This document shows positions 22,979 to 33,106 of a stretch of DNA of 64,000 bases, one piece after another. Under the pieces are notes generated by a model, which was not told the origin of the DNA, made no database searches, and was given only the letters and a program-made list of their open reading frames with translations. The stretch comes from Sedimentisphaerales bacterium (GTDB lineage: Bacteria; Planctomycetota; Phycisphaerae; Sedimentisphaerales; SM23-30): assembly GCA_963666285.1 (NCBI GenBank), contig OY762711.1. One strand, 5' to 3'. Numbering within the stretch: the first letter of the stretch is position 1; each line of letters begins with the position of its first letter. Made by a program: the position numbers and the translations under genes.

Positions 22979-23139
22979 TTTTAAACCCCTTTAAGATTAT
23001 TAAATATAATTAACAGTAACTATATCCTACAAAATAATAATTACTTCATAACCCGCAACTTGAAACCAATTCAAGGCGGTTCCCAATTAACATTCATATT
23101 ATCCATGCACATTCTCTCCAAAATTAAGTTAACAGTAAA

Positions 23140-24666
23140 CTATAATGCTTCCTTTATATTAGATTCATTGGCATATTGTTTCTGCCGCCGACCAATACAA
23201 TCTTTAACGATTTCTCCAATATTGTATGAGCATTTCGCATCCTGCATACACTTTGTACCTGTATCGCGACTGGTAACCCATGTTACCCCAAGATGATCGC
23301 CTGAATAGTCATACATAACCCTTGCATATTCGGCCTGAGGATGATACATAACACTTATTTGCGATAGTAAAAAATCTTCAGCTGTAAGTTTTTCAATAAT
23401 AGCTTGCAGACTATTAAGGTGGCGAGCTATGATCACAAAATGTACATACCTTCTTTCATATTTATAAATATCATACGTCTTGATTTTCTTAACAATAGAG
23501 CCAACAAGGTCTGTAGCATTTCCACCGTAGACATTATCGAGCGGGCTTACATGAGCCAGATAGCCAAATTTACCGGGATAAGATGCAATAACCGCGGTAC
23601 AAGTTGACACACCCATCGTCTGTAGCATTTCATTATTTCTTGCCCTGACAAATTCATCCATGTCCACCTGTCTAACAACCGCATCATCTGAAACAACAGA
23701 TTGATTCTTATCCTCTGTAACATAGGAGTTCTTCAAATATTCAATTATCCGGCCATTATAAAAACCCTGGTGTTGTTTAAAATGTTCTGTAGTAATTTGT
23801 GCTTCATCCATCTTGACAACAACAAGCCATTTTGCGCCAAGAAACTCAACTACTTCAAATGAAGTCAAAACCTTGAATCCACGATAATCAACAACAACTC
23901 GATTTCCAGAGCCTTCCAGAAACTTTGGCTCGATATTACAATCATCCAGCTTAGTTTTTAAGATAGACTCATCACTTACAAAGTTAGACTCGGTCAACAT
24001 GAATCCCTGTCTGTTTACTACAATGGCCTCATTAGTTTCACCAAGACTTTGCGTCCCGGCAAAAAGAGAGTTGATTTTATTTATAGCAAACCTGAGAACA
24101 ATCCATCCAATTTGCGTTCCATCCTTATATGCCGGTTCAACAAAAAAGCTGGTTGGCTCCTGTGACACGCCATAAAAATGGAAATCGACAAATTTTTCAC
24201 TCTCAGGTTTATCCATCAGACATTGAGCCAAAGGAGTATGCTGAAATTTTTGATCAAACAGATTTGTACCACAATCCGGTTCCTTTCGAATACTAAAAAA
24301 TACATCACCACGCATATCTACAAACAATATATCATAAAATGTCAGCCAGTTTCTAATGTAATGCTCCTCAAAAGCATTTTTAACTTCCTGGATTTTACCT
24401 GCAACCTCAGCGGGAGGAACAGTCTCCTTCGACGCTTCAATGTACTTTCTATTTAAATCGAAGAAATTAATCATAACGGTATCTGTTCTGACATTCTGAG
24501 CCTGCTGATGGATGCGGTCGCAAAAATCACATAACTGTTTTACTTTAATATCACGCACACCGTCCAGGTGAATATATGCCCAATCATACGGCCCCTTATC
24601 CGCCATAGCTACCAGCTTACTCACACATAAAAATAGCACAAAAATCACATTTAGATATAATTTCAT
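23140..24666 (-). CDS. Exported Cache-domain protein fused to a C-terminal CheD-like (Cys-His) deamidase domain
   Basis: Signal peptide; YDILFVDMRGDVFFSIRKEPDCGTNL, LGETNEAIVVN, DYRGFKVLTSF, KWLVVVKMD (dCache); VDMDEF...LQTMGVSTCTAV...GYLAHV (CheD-like). Confidence 0.65.
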   Translation of the reverse strand: MKLYLNVIFVLFLCVSKLVAMADKGPYDWAYIHLDGVRDIKVKQLCDFCDRIHQQAQNVRTDTVMINFFDLNRKYIEASKETVPPAEVAGKIQEVKNAFEEHYIRNWLTFYDILFVDMRGDVFFSIRKEPDCGTNLFDQKFQHTPLAQCLMDKPESEKFVDFHFYGVSQEPTSFFVEPAYKDGTQIGWIVLRFAINKINSLFAGTQSLGETNEAIVVNRQGFMLTESNFVSDESILKTKLDDCNIEPKFLEGSGNRVVVDYRGFKVLTSFEVVEFLGAKWLVVVKMDEAQITTEHFKQHQGFYNGRIIEYLKNSYVTEDKNQSVVSDDAVVRQVDMDEFVRARNNEMLQTMGVSTCTAVIASYPGKFGYLAHVSPLDNVYGGNATDLVGSIVKKIKTYDIYKYERRYVHFVIIARHLNSLQAIIEKLTAEDFLLSQISVMYHPQAEYARVMYDYSGDHLGVTWVTSRDTGTKCMQDAKCSYNIGEIVKDCIGRRQKQYANESNIKEAL

Positions 24667-24723
24667 TTAATTACTCCATAAGACCTTTTCATAAATTTAA
24701 TCGTAATTGCCATGTCGGCACTA

Positions 24724-27087
24724 TTAACAAAAATCTTCATCGCTAATATCCTCAACATCATTCAGATTGTAATCTATACCTGAATTTGCCGGGACACTAA
24801 CTGGTTGATTATTAACTTTATATCTTTCCGCTTTTGATTCAGGTTTTTTAATGGAAGAATAACTTGCTTGAGTAATTCCTTCCAGCTTGAAAAACTCAGC
24901 GGCTTTAAGTAACTGATTTGCCTGTGCCGCAAATTCTTCGCTGGTAGAAGCAAGCTCTTCAGTCGCAGAACTGTTTTGTTGAACGACAGTATCTAACTGA
25001 TGAATCGACTGCGTCACCTGATCTATGCCGTTAGCCTGCTCATTGCACGAAACGTTGATTTCCTGCACCAATTCCGCAGTTTTCTGGATCCCAGGAACAA
25101 TTTCCCTGAGTAAATGGCCGGCACGCTCAGATATCTCAACACTCTCAGTAGAAAGGGTACTAATCTCCTGGGCAGCATTTTGACTGCGTTCTGCAAGTTT
25201 TCGTACTTCCGCTGCAACAACTGCAAAACCCTTGCCATGCTCCCCTGCACGTGCAGCTTCGATAGCAGCATTAAGAGCAAGCATATTAGTCTGACGAGAT
25301 ATTTCTTCGATAATATTGATTTTATCTGCAATGCTCTTCATTGCATCTACGGTCTGTTCAACAGCCTTTCCACCCTCTTGGCCGTCAGAAGCGGCTTTCT
25401 TTGCAATTGAGGAGGTTTCCTGGGCATTATCTGCATTTTGTTTGACAGTACTATTCATTTCTTCCATAGCACTGGATACTTCTTCCAAAGACGCTGCCTG
25501 CTCAGTAGCTCCTTGAGCCATTTGCTGTGATGATGTACTAATCTGTTCGCTACCTGAAGCTATCTGACTGGAAGCAGTCTGGACATCTACCGCAAACATA
25601 CTTAGATTCTTTATCATATCATCTAAAGCTTCCATAAGTACATCTTCATCTGATCGTTTGTCAGCATTTACTGTAAGATTTCCAATGGATATTTCCTTAG
25701 CTAACTCAGAAACATTCAGCATCGCATCAACAAGCTCTTTTAAGGAATTACCAAGTTGATCAAAAACTTCTTTTACTACATGAGTATCTTCATCTGCTTT
25801 ATCAGCTTCATAGTTGATCTTCAAATCACCTATTGCAACTTTACCAAGAGCTTCAGAGAATTTTTTCACCTCATTTTTCTGGAAGGTGTCAATTTTTTTC
25901 ATGCGGTTTTCAGCATTCTTTATTTCTGTTATATCAACTACATATTCCAATGCTCCAATTATATTGCCTTCAGCATCCTTAACAGGTGCCCCGGTGTACA
26001 TAATTGGAATATTCAAACCATCCGGATCACATACAGTTTCACCGGTATTAACTTTACCATCCTGCATTGCCTGATGACAGCGACATTCAGGAGTCTGACA
26101 ATGCGGGGTCTTAAACAGATTATAGCATTTTTCGCCCTGAACCTGTTCCGGAGTTTTACCCATAACTGCAGCACCTGCCGGATTCATATAAGTAACATTA
26201 TAATCTTTGTCAATTGTCATGATAGGAGTCGGCAGGTTATTCATATTATCAACCGACTTCTGGGCTTCTTCCATTGCTTTTTTCACTTCTGTCTGGTCGA
26301 CAACAATCTCAAGCCCCCCAATAACCTTGCCATCATCATCTGTAACCGGAGCTGCTGTATAACTTATTGCCATTGTCTGTCCATTTGGATGTGCAATAGT
26401 TTCAGAACTACAGGTTTTACCTTTTTGCATACATTGACCAATAGCACATTTGTCACTGCGACAATCTCCTGTTTTAAATATATCATAGCATTTTATACCT
26501 AAAGCCTGTTCCCTGCTTAGTCCACCAGCATCACAACCTATTTGATTAAGATAAAGAACATTGAACTCTTTATCTACTATCATCGCCGGTACTGGAAACG
26601 AATCAATATATCCAACAAGAACATCAGAGAGAGTATTTCCACTTTCTATCAGTTGTGCAAATGATCCATTAAATAGACTTGTATCGCCTCTATGACGGAG
26701 TTTCCCGCGTTTGATTGTACTTATAAGAGAATTGAACTCGGATATTGCAGCATTAAAAGTCTGCGAAAGATTACTTAGTTTATGGCCAATTGCACCGAAA
26801 TTATCATTAGATTCAAAAGGAGGAGCTTCGGAAAAGTCGCCTTCATTCATTCTGCCAATAAATTGATCCAATACTGAACATTTTTCATTTAGATCTTTAT
26901 TCAACAGGGTAGCAAAAAAAAGAGAAACTAATAACGACACAACAATTGTCCCAATTGCTGCCGATATTATTATACTATTGCCATTACCAGAAAAATATAT
27001 AATGCCTGCCATAGCGACAACCGGCAAAATTGCAATACATAAAAATGTTAATAACAATTTCTTAGAAAATATAAGCTTACTCCACAT
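24724..27087 (-). CDS. MCP with two cytoplasmic Cys-rich PAS domains and no periplasmic domain
   Basis: Two adjacent TMs, HAMP, two PAS domains ([34 protein letters not shown]), MCP hairpin. Confidence 0.93.
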   Translation of the reverse strand: MWSKLIFSKKLLLTFLCIAILPVVAMAGIIYFSGNGNSIIISAAIGTIVVSLLVSLFFATLLNKDLNEKCSVLDQFIGRMNEGDFSEAPPFESNDNFGAIGHKLSNLSQTFNAAISEFNSLISTIKRGKLRHRGDTSLFNGSFAQLIESGNTLSDVLVGYIDSFPVPAMIVDKEFNVLYLNQIGCDAGGLSREQALGIKCYDIFKTGDCRSDKCAIGQCMQKGKTCSSETIAHPNGQTMAISYTAAPVTDDDGKVIGGLEIVVDQTEVKKAMEEAQKSVDNMNNLPTPIMTIDKDYNVTYMNPAGAAVMGKTPEQVQGEKCYNLFKTPHCQTPECRCHQAMQDGKVNTGETVCDPDGLNIPIMYTGAPVKDAEGNIIGALEYVVDITEIKNAENRMKKIDTFQKNEVKKFSEALGKVAIGDLKINYEADKADEDTHVVKEVFDQLGNSLKELVDAMLNVSELAKEISIGNLTVNADKRSDEDVLMEALDDMIKNLSMFAVDVQTASSQIASGSEQISTSSQQMAQGATEQAASLEEVSSAMEEMNSTVKQNADNAQETSSIAKKAASDGQEGGKAVEQTVDAMKSIADKINIIEEISRQTNMLALNAAIEAARAGEHGKGFAVVAAEVRKLAERSQNAAQEISTLSTESVEISERAGHLLREIVPGIQKTAELVQEINVSCNEQANGIDQVTQSIHQLDTVVQQNSSATEELASTSEEFAAQANQLLKAAEFFKLEGITQASYSSIKKPESKAERYKVNNQPVSVPANSGIDYNLNDVEDISDEDFC

Positions 27088-27172
27088 GGTAAGATCCCTT
27101 CCGGCTCAATGCCTATTCATATTTTAATTCTATACATATTATTTATGAAGTACGGAATACTTCTTATTCATT

Positions 27173-29287
27173 TTAAACTAAAGCCAGTTCCTCTTCTTTC
27201 CTGGCAGTTTCCATTACACCGGCAACATCAAGAATTAGGGCAACATTACCATCACCCATAATTGTGGCACCTGATATCTCTGTAACATCTTCGTACATTT
27301 TACCTAACGATTTAATTACAGTTTGGTAATCACCAATGATATGATCAACTACTATCCCCATTCTTAAATCATTCATATTAACAATGACTGCTTCTTCAAT
27401 AGAAGAAGCATTACCTGGGATTCCAAATATTTCTCTGAGTCGCACAAATGGAACCATCTCTCCTCTTACTTTTATTAGATTTCTATCTTTACTCAAAGCA
27501 TTAATAAATTCATTCATCTCCAGGCATTCTTCCACTGCACTTACAGGTACAACATATTTATCCCCTGCTACATCAACAAGTAATCCATCAATAATGGCAA
27601 GTGTAAGCGGTAATGAAAGCTGAATGGTAGTACCTGACCCTAGCTTACTGCTAATATCTACTTTTCCTCTAAGAGCTTCAATTTCTCTCTTTACAACATC
27701 CATGCCAACACCACGACCTGAAAGGTTTGTCACTGCCTGAGCTGTTGAAAATCCCGGCATCAATATCAGGCCAAATATTTCTTTATCAGTCATTTCAGCG
27801 TCTGGCGATACCAATCCTTTCTCTATCGCCTTATTTAAGATTCTATTTTTGTCCAGACCTTTTCCATCATCATGAATTGTAATTACAACGTTTGCTCCTT
27901 TATGAGCAGCAGATAATTTAATAGTACCTTTTTGCGACTTACCTGCTGCTGATCTTTCTGCGGGAATTTCTATGCCGTGATCCATACTATTTCTAATCAA
28001 ATGTACAAGAGGATCGGATAAACGCTCTATAACAGTTTTATCCATTTCTGTTTCAGCACCTTCAGTTATTAAGTCAACATCTTTATGCAACTCTGTGCAA
28101 AGATCTCTTACCAACCTGCGAAAACGATTGAACTGGCTCCCAATAGGCATCATTCGAATATTCAGCACGCTATCACGAAGCTCACCCGTCAGACGCTCAA
28201 CCTCTTCAACCGGCTTCGTTAATTCAGCTAGTGCATTATCAGCAGATATTTCAGACAATTGTGCCTGAGTAATGACAAGTTCACCAACAAGATTTATAAG
28301 TCTGTCTAATTTATCCGAGCTAACACGTACACTTTCCTGTTTTACTGACTCTTTCTTTATTTTAACCTGGCTTTGTTTCTGTAAAGCCTCGGTAATTTTT
28401 CGCTCGGTAACTTTTTGCTCATCAACCAGTATTTCACCCAATTTTTTATCTGATTGTTTTTGTAAATCCAATGCTTTTCCTAATTGCTCATTATTTATAG
28501 CATTTTCATCAACCAGTATTTCACCTAATTTGGGAATCTCCATCTCTGGATCAATATCATCATCTTCAATTTCTTTATTATTGACCTGATCAATCACGAT
28601 GTGGCTTTCACCTTCAACAAAAATAAATACATCTTTAACAGCATCTTTACCTTTTGGAGTTGTAAGGTCAACATCCCAGGAAACGTAACATAATTCAGGA
28701 TCAATTTCATCAAGTAAAGGAATATTGCTTGTATTAACAGATATTTCAGCTACTCCTAATTCACTCAAATCTTCCAGTAATACTGCCGGGTCCATTCCAG
28801 TTGAAAATATTCCAGTTTCCGGCTCAAAGAATATATGGAAGTCTTCAGGCTTTCCCATTGCCTGTGGCTGACTTTCATTTGCCAATTTTTTTGGCTTTTC
28901 TTGAGTATCAGATCCATTACTCATAATCATTTCCAATGCAGCAATAATACTTGCATTAGTCTCAAGATCATAAGCTCCACCATCTAACATTGTTTTTATC
29001 TGATCTCTACTGGCTAAAATTAAATCGATTAAATCTTTATTAATTGCAACATTACCAGAACGTACTTCATCCAGACATGTTTCGACATGATGGGTGAAGT
29101 TAGCAATATCATCAAAACCAAACATTGATCCAGAACCTTTAATCGTATGCATTGCTCTGAACAATCGATTAATTGCATCATCATCATTTGGATCATTTTC
29201 AATATCAAGGATACACTCTTCTATCTCAACCAAAAGCTCTTCAGCTTCCTGGCGAAATACTTCACTAAATTGATTTTGCTCACTCAT
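27173..29287 (-). CDS. cheA: Chemotaxis histidine kinase CheA
   Basis: Hpt LFRAMHTIKG, dimerisation LDRLINLVGEL, HATPase HLIRNSMDHG, SGRGVGMDVV, CheW-like P5. Confidence 0.97.
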   Translation of the reverse strand: MSEQNQFSEVFRQEAEELLVEIEECILDIENDPNDDDAINRLFRAMHTIKGSGSMFGFDDIANFTHHVETCLDEVRSGNVAINKDLIDLILASRDQIKTMLDGGAYDLETNASIIAALEMIMSNGSDTQEKPKKLANESQPQAMGKPEDFHIFFEPETGIFSTGMDPAVLLEDLSELGVAEISVNTSNIPLLDEIDPELCYVSWDVDLTTPKGKDAVKDVFIFVEGESHIVIDQVNNKEIEDDDIDPEMEIPKLGEILVDENAINNEQLGKALDLQKQSDKKLGEILVDEQKVTERKITEALQKQSQVKIKKESVKQESVRVSSDKLDRLINLVGELVITQAQLSEISADNALAELTKPVEEVERLTGELRDSVLNIRMMPIGSQFNRFRRLVRDLCTELHKDVDLITEGAETEMDKTVIERLSDPLVHLIRNSMDHGIEIPAERSAAGKSQKGTIKLSAAHKGANVVITIHDDGKGLDKNRILNKAIEKGLVSPDAEMTDKEIFGLILMPGFSTAQAVTNLSGRGVGMDVVKREIEALRGKVDISSKLGSGTTIQLSLPLTLAIIDGLLVDVAGDKYVVPVSAVEECLEMNEFINALSKDRNLIKVRGEMVPFVRLREIFGIPGNASSIEEAVIVNMNDLRMGIVVDHIIGDYQTVIKSLGKMYEDVTEISGATIMGDGNVALILDVAGVMETARKEEELALV

Positions 29288-29332
29288 TGTGCTTTAGCTC
29301 CATTTTAGGATTTTATACCTAATGTTTTACTA

Positions 29333-29692
29333 TTATTTCAGAACTTTCTTCACCACTGCTAATAACTGATCCGGATTGAAAGGCTTTACAATCCATCCTG
29401 TTGCTCCGGCAGCCTTTCCCTCGGCTTTTTTCCCATCTTGAGATTCAGTAGTCAACATTACAATAGGAATGAACTTAAATTCAGACTTGCTCCTTACCTG
29501 TCGGATCAATTCCAAGCCATCCATATTAGGCATATTTAAGTCTGTAATCAGCATATTGATACCATTTATCTTGCTAAGAGCATCTTTGCCATCAATTGCT
29601 TCCACAACATCATAACCTGCCTGCTTCAATGTCATACTGACCATTTGTCGCATACTTGCTGAATCATCTGCTGTCATAATTAGCTTACTCAT
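29333..29692 (-). CDS. cheY: Chemotaxis response regulator CheY
   Basis: ADDS, TDLNMP, MLTTES, WIVKPF; ATG 29692 has a GAGG RBS (track start 29740). Confidence 0.93.
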   Translation of the reverse strand: MSKLIMTADDSASMRQMVSMTLKQAGYDVVEAIDGKDALSKINGINMLITDLNMPNMDGLELIRQVRSKSEFKFIPIVMLTTESQDGKKAEGKAAGATGWIVKPFNPDQLLAVVKKVLK

Positions 29693-29705
29693 TTTTTTAT
29701 CCTCA

Positions 29706-30008
29706 TTAATTGACATCAAGACTTTTCCAGTCACACCCAATTATTTTAAGCGATTGGATAAACTGCTCTTGTGGATTAGTTAGCATCATTTTAACATTTT
29801 TCATCTTTGCGCTTTTACTGGCACTTACCAGTACTTGAAATGAAGCTGTATCACATCTTTCTACCTTGGCGAGATCTATGACAACCTCATCAACATCATC
29901 AAATGCTGTTATCAATTCTTCCTTGAATTGATTTATCTGGTATATTGATAACTCACCTTCAATTTGCAAAGTAGATTTTTTATTTTCCTTAGTTAAATTC
30001 AGTTCCAT
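29706..30008 (-). CDS. STAS domain protein
   Basis: IEGELSIY, VVIDLAKVERCDTASFQVL; typical position beside cheY-cheA. Confidence 0.85.
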   Translation of the reverse strand: MELNLTKENKKSTLQIEGELSIYQINQFKEELITAFDDVDEVVIDLAKVERCDTASFQVLVSASKSAKMKNVKMMLTNPQEQFIQSLKIIGCDWKSLDVN

Positions 30009-30029
30009 ATTGACACCTCGCTGCCTAAA

Positions 30030-31874
30030 TCAAAATAGTTCTATATTATCTCCAAAATCATCACTCTCAGAAGTTTGTGAAACACAGGATTCCATATTTT
30101 CCTCATCGTCAAATAAGTCTATTGAACCAAATTCATCTGAAGATGAATTTGAATTATTACCGCCTAATGTTTTACTATGAATCTGCCGCTCACTATCCAT
30201 AGTATAACTATCTCTAATTTTCTGCATTTCCTCTTCAAGCTGTGAATCAGTATATTTACAAAATTTCTCAAGCTCAAGTTCACATGAATAAAGCTCATCT
30301 TTTTGCTTTTCGAGTACATCCAATATTATTTCCATGAAGCTGGAATATTTTATTACCCGATCTACTTCCATATCTATTCTGGATATCTCTTGCTTAGTTT
30401 TTTCAGAAGCCTGTTCATACTTTTTATAAGCAACATCTATCGTGTCTATATTATTTGTTAGCTCCCCAATATACTTTTCCAAATCACTTTCTGAATTTTT
30501 CACAGTCATTTGATCAGACAGTTCAGTTATTTTACTCAATACCTCAGTTACTTCCTGCCCCAGCTCTTGTGAAGTTCCTGCACGCCCATACACTTCTTCA
30601 GTTAATACTGCAAGTGTCTTACCATCCTGTCCCAGCCTTTCAGTTAGAACAATTGCATTTAATGCCTTAAGACTAAGTTCACGACTAATTTTCCTGATAT
30701 CCCTGATATATGTCGTAAGTTTCATTGTTGTTTCATGTACCATATCTATGGTCTGGCTTGTCTGACTACTCAAACTTGTGGCATGTCCGACAAAACTATT
30801 GAACTTGTAAAGTTCGTCTATGAGATTCTTAAAAGCATTATCCCTATTGGCCAAATCAGCTTCATTATCCCCCGGCCCTCTATTTAGAAGTACCAGCTCA
30901 TCTCCTATATTTGAAAACGCTGTTCTAATATTGTTATAAGCCCGGTCAATATCAGAATGGACATTATCAATTTGTGCTACCTGTAATGATGTTACAAGAT
31001 GTGCATATGCCAGGTCCTTCTTTCCTCTTTCAGACAACGAAATTCGTTCTGAAATTTCATCGACAGCCTCTGTAACATGCTCTAAACGTTGTCGAACAAT
31101 ATCATGAAACTGCATTGATATCACAATATCAGAAACGTGCTTTGAAATTACTTTGAAATGATCCAATACCTTTTGAAGCCATTCATTTGAAATCTCAACC
31201 AAACACCGGGCTCTTTCAGTTGCACTTCTAATTTCTGTATCAGCCTTTTTATGAAGCTCCAAAATATTTTCAAGTCCACCTCGAATTTCAGATTCAGCAC
31301 TGGATTGCCTGACCCTGGCTAATTCCAAATCAGTTGTCATATTACATGAAATATCATTTATATGATCAGAGAGATTCTGAATCTCCTCAGCTAAAGTGGC
31401 AAATATTGCTTTTGATTTTTCAGTTCTGACACTTTCCATTGAAATATTTGTTCTCACTATTTTTAAATAATGTGAACTATCACGAAATTTATCACACTGA
31501 GTAAGTAACTCTTCTATTTCATTTTTTAAAGAACTAATAGCATCAACTGAAATACCAATATTTTTATTAACAAACATAAATGCATTCAAAGTGTCATCTG
31601 CATTTTTCCCTAACACATTAAACGCACTTTGGTCATCAGACATATCAATAATGCCTGCAGTATCCGTTATAGTCGCCCTAAGCTTTTCAATTTCTCCATA
31701 CAAACATTGAGAGTCATTACACATTGACATAAACTGTGCATCAGCATTTTTCAGGAGATTTTTTATAGCACCAGAAACTTCATTTAATTTCTTACATAGA
31801 TCAGATACATTTGATTTATGACTAAAAAACCCTAATTTGCGAAGTTTGTTTTTGAATCTAATAAATTTAAGCAT
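30030..31874 (-). CDS. Cytoplasmic divergent MCP-like chemotaxis protein
   Basis: Two degenerate hairpin tips (NISMESVR; LKALNAIVLTERLG), ISMQFHDIVRQRLEHV, C-terminal GDNIELF. Confidence 0.8.
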   Translation of the reverse strand: MLKFIRFKNKLRKLGFFSHKSNVSDLCKKLNEVSGAIKNLLKNADAQFMSMCNDSQCLYGEIEKLRATITDTAGIIDMSDDQSAFNVLGKNADDTLNAFMFVNKNIGISVDAISSLKNEIEELLTQCDKFRDSSHYLKIVRTNISMESVRTEKSKAIFATLAEEIQNLSDHINDISCNMTTDLELARVRQSSAESEIRGGLENILELHKKADTEIRSATERARCLVEISNEWLQKVLDHFKVISKHVSDIVISMQFHDIVRQRLEHVTEAVDEISERISLSERGKKDLAYAHLVTSLQVAQIDNVHSDIDRAYNNIRTAFSNIGDELVLLNRGPGDNEADLANRDNAFKNLIDELYKFNSFVGHATSLSSQTSQTIDMVHETTMKLTTYIRDIRKISRELSLKALNAIVLTERLGQDGKTLAVLTEEVYGRAGTSQELGQEVTEVLSKITELSDQMTVKNSESDLEKYIGELTNNIDTIDVAYKKYEQASEKTKQEISRIDMEVDRVIKYSSFMEIILDVLEKQKDELYSCELELEKFCKYTDSQLEEEMQKIRDSYTMDSERQIHSKTLGGNNSNSSSDEFGSIDLFDDEENMESCVSQTSESDDFGDNIELF

Positions 31875-32077
31875 ACACTACCAGTTTTCCCAAACAGTTA
31901 AGGCCATGTTAAATATGCTGCTATTTGCAGCTTATTAGAAATAATATTACTTTGGCGTTATTATTTTTTTTAACTCGACACAGATTCATAATAATTGAAA
32001 CCCAAAGTCCTTTACTGATTCAATAACTGATTACCTGACATAATGTTAGATAACGCCCACATTACTATTCAACGGAA

Positions 32078-32093
32078 TATACAACTTATGCCA
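32078..32093 (-). promoter_or_regulatory. Possible sigma54-like promoter of the che operon
   Basis: TGGCATAAGTTGTATA about 200 bp upstream of the first gene; -12 element non-canonical. Confidence 0.35.
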
Positions 32094-32984
32094 CATTTTC
32101 CGCCTATAAAAAACTCGTCATATTATTCTCAGGGTTTCATTAATAAATTATCCAAATGTGGAGCTAATATATATAACTGACTGAATAATAAGGACCTAAG
32201 ATATATTTTAACACCCAAATATTTTTTCAGAACTCCCGGTATAATGATTTTGCAAAATAATATAGGACTAAATGTATGTTTTCTTCCTATATTTGAGCCT
32301 CAAAACACAGTTCACTGCTATTATTATTAATTATAAGACCTTATCTAAGCTGACAACTATGCCAGTAATCCTAAAACTTATTCAAATTAAATTATCAATA
32401 TACTGCATTTAACTTTAATATGTGGTTTTAGTAGTATTCGACCAATAAACCTCAAAATAGAAAAACTCTATACTGTAACTTTATGACCAATAAGGGTCAC
32501 TAACCTGGCACTATTAGAAACCCTGGCTAACTTTTACAGCTGTTTGTTGGTATGCTAATATTGTTAAGGCCATTCCAAGTCCGCTACTTTATTAAAGCGA
32601 GTGGAGCAACAGGAAGTTATAAAGATATTGACATATTTACATCATAATTAATTCGCCAGTGAACTAACGAATGGTTGTACCAAACTCAAAACCATCTCCG
32701 ATAATATCATTATTTATAGTGCTAACCAGAATAGATAAACTGATTTTGCCATAAGCATTTTTTATGACGATAATAAAAAATGGAAATGAGACTATAGAAA
32801 AAGTCTTGTCTGAAGGCTATTGCATACTTTAAGAACCTCCATTTTTAGCTGCCATTGCAGAGGTTACTGAAAATAGTGCTAATCTTAAGGTGGCCTCTTG
32901 AAGATAGTAGTATTACAATGTCATTTCCACAGAAAGATATTCATATTAATAATGATAATTCCGACGGATGACAAAAACACTACC

Positions 32985-33020
32985 AAAAAAAATGTCTGAA
33001 GTTAATTCAGACATTTTTTT
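32985..33020. terminator. Intrinsic terminator downstream of the nifA-like gene
   Basis: aaaaaaaatgtctgaa-gttaa-ttcagacattttttt. Confidence 0.75.
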
Positions 33021-33106
33021 ACTTACAGGAATACCACAGATAAATTTCCAGCTCTATATTTCACATAGAAATCATCGAAAAAAACACTACAAACTGGATT
33101 TATATT

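Noticed and set aside
17940..25570. Long near-identical repeats among MCP genes
   Set aside because: Explained by conserved paralogous signalling domains
25756..26502. 248-aa plus-strand ORF
   Set aside because: Antisense shadow of the PAS-MCP; no recognisable motifs
31875..33106. 1.2-kb gap between the che operon and nifA as a hidden gene or ncRNA
   Set aside because: No ORF of 60 aa or more and no recognisable structure beyond the terminator and putative promoter
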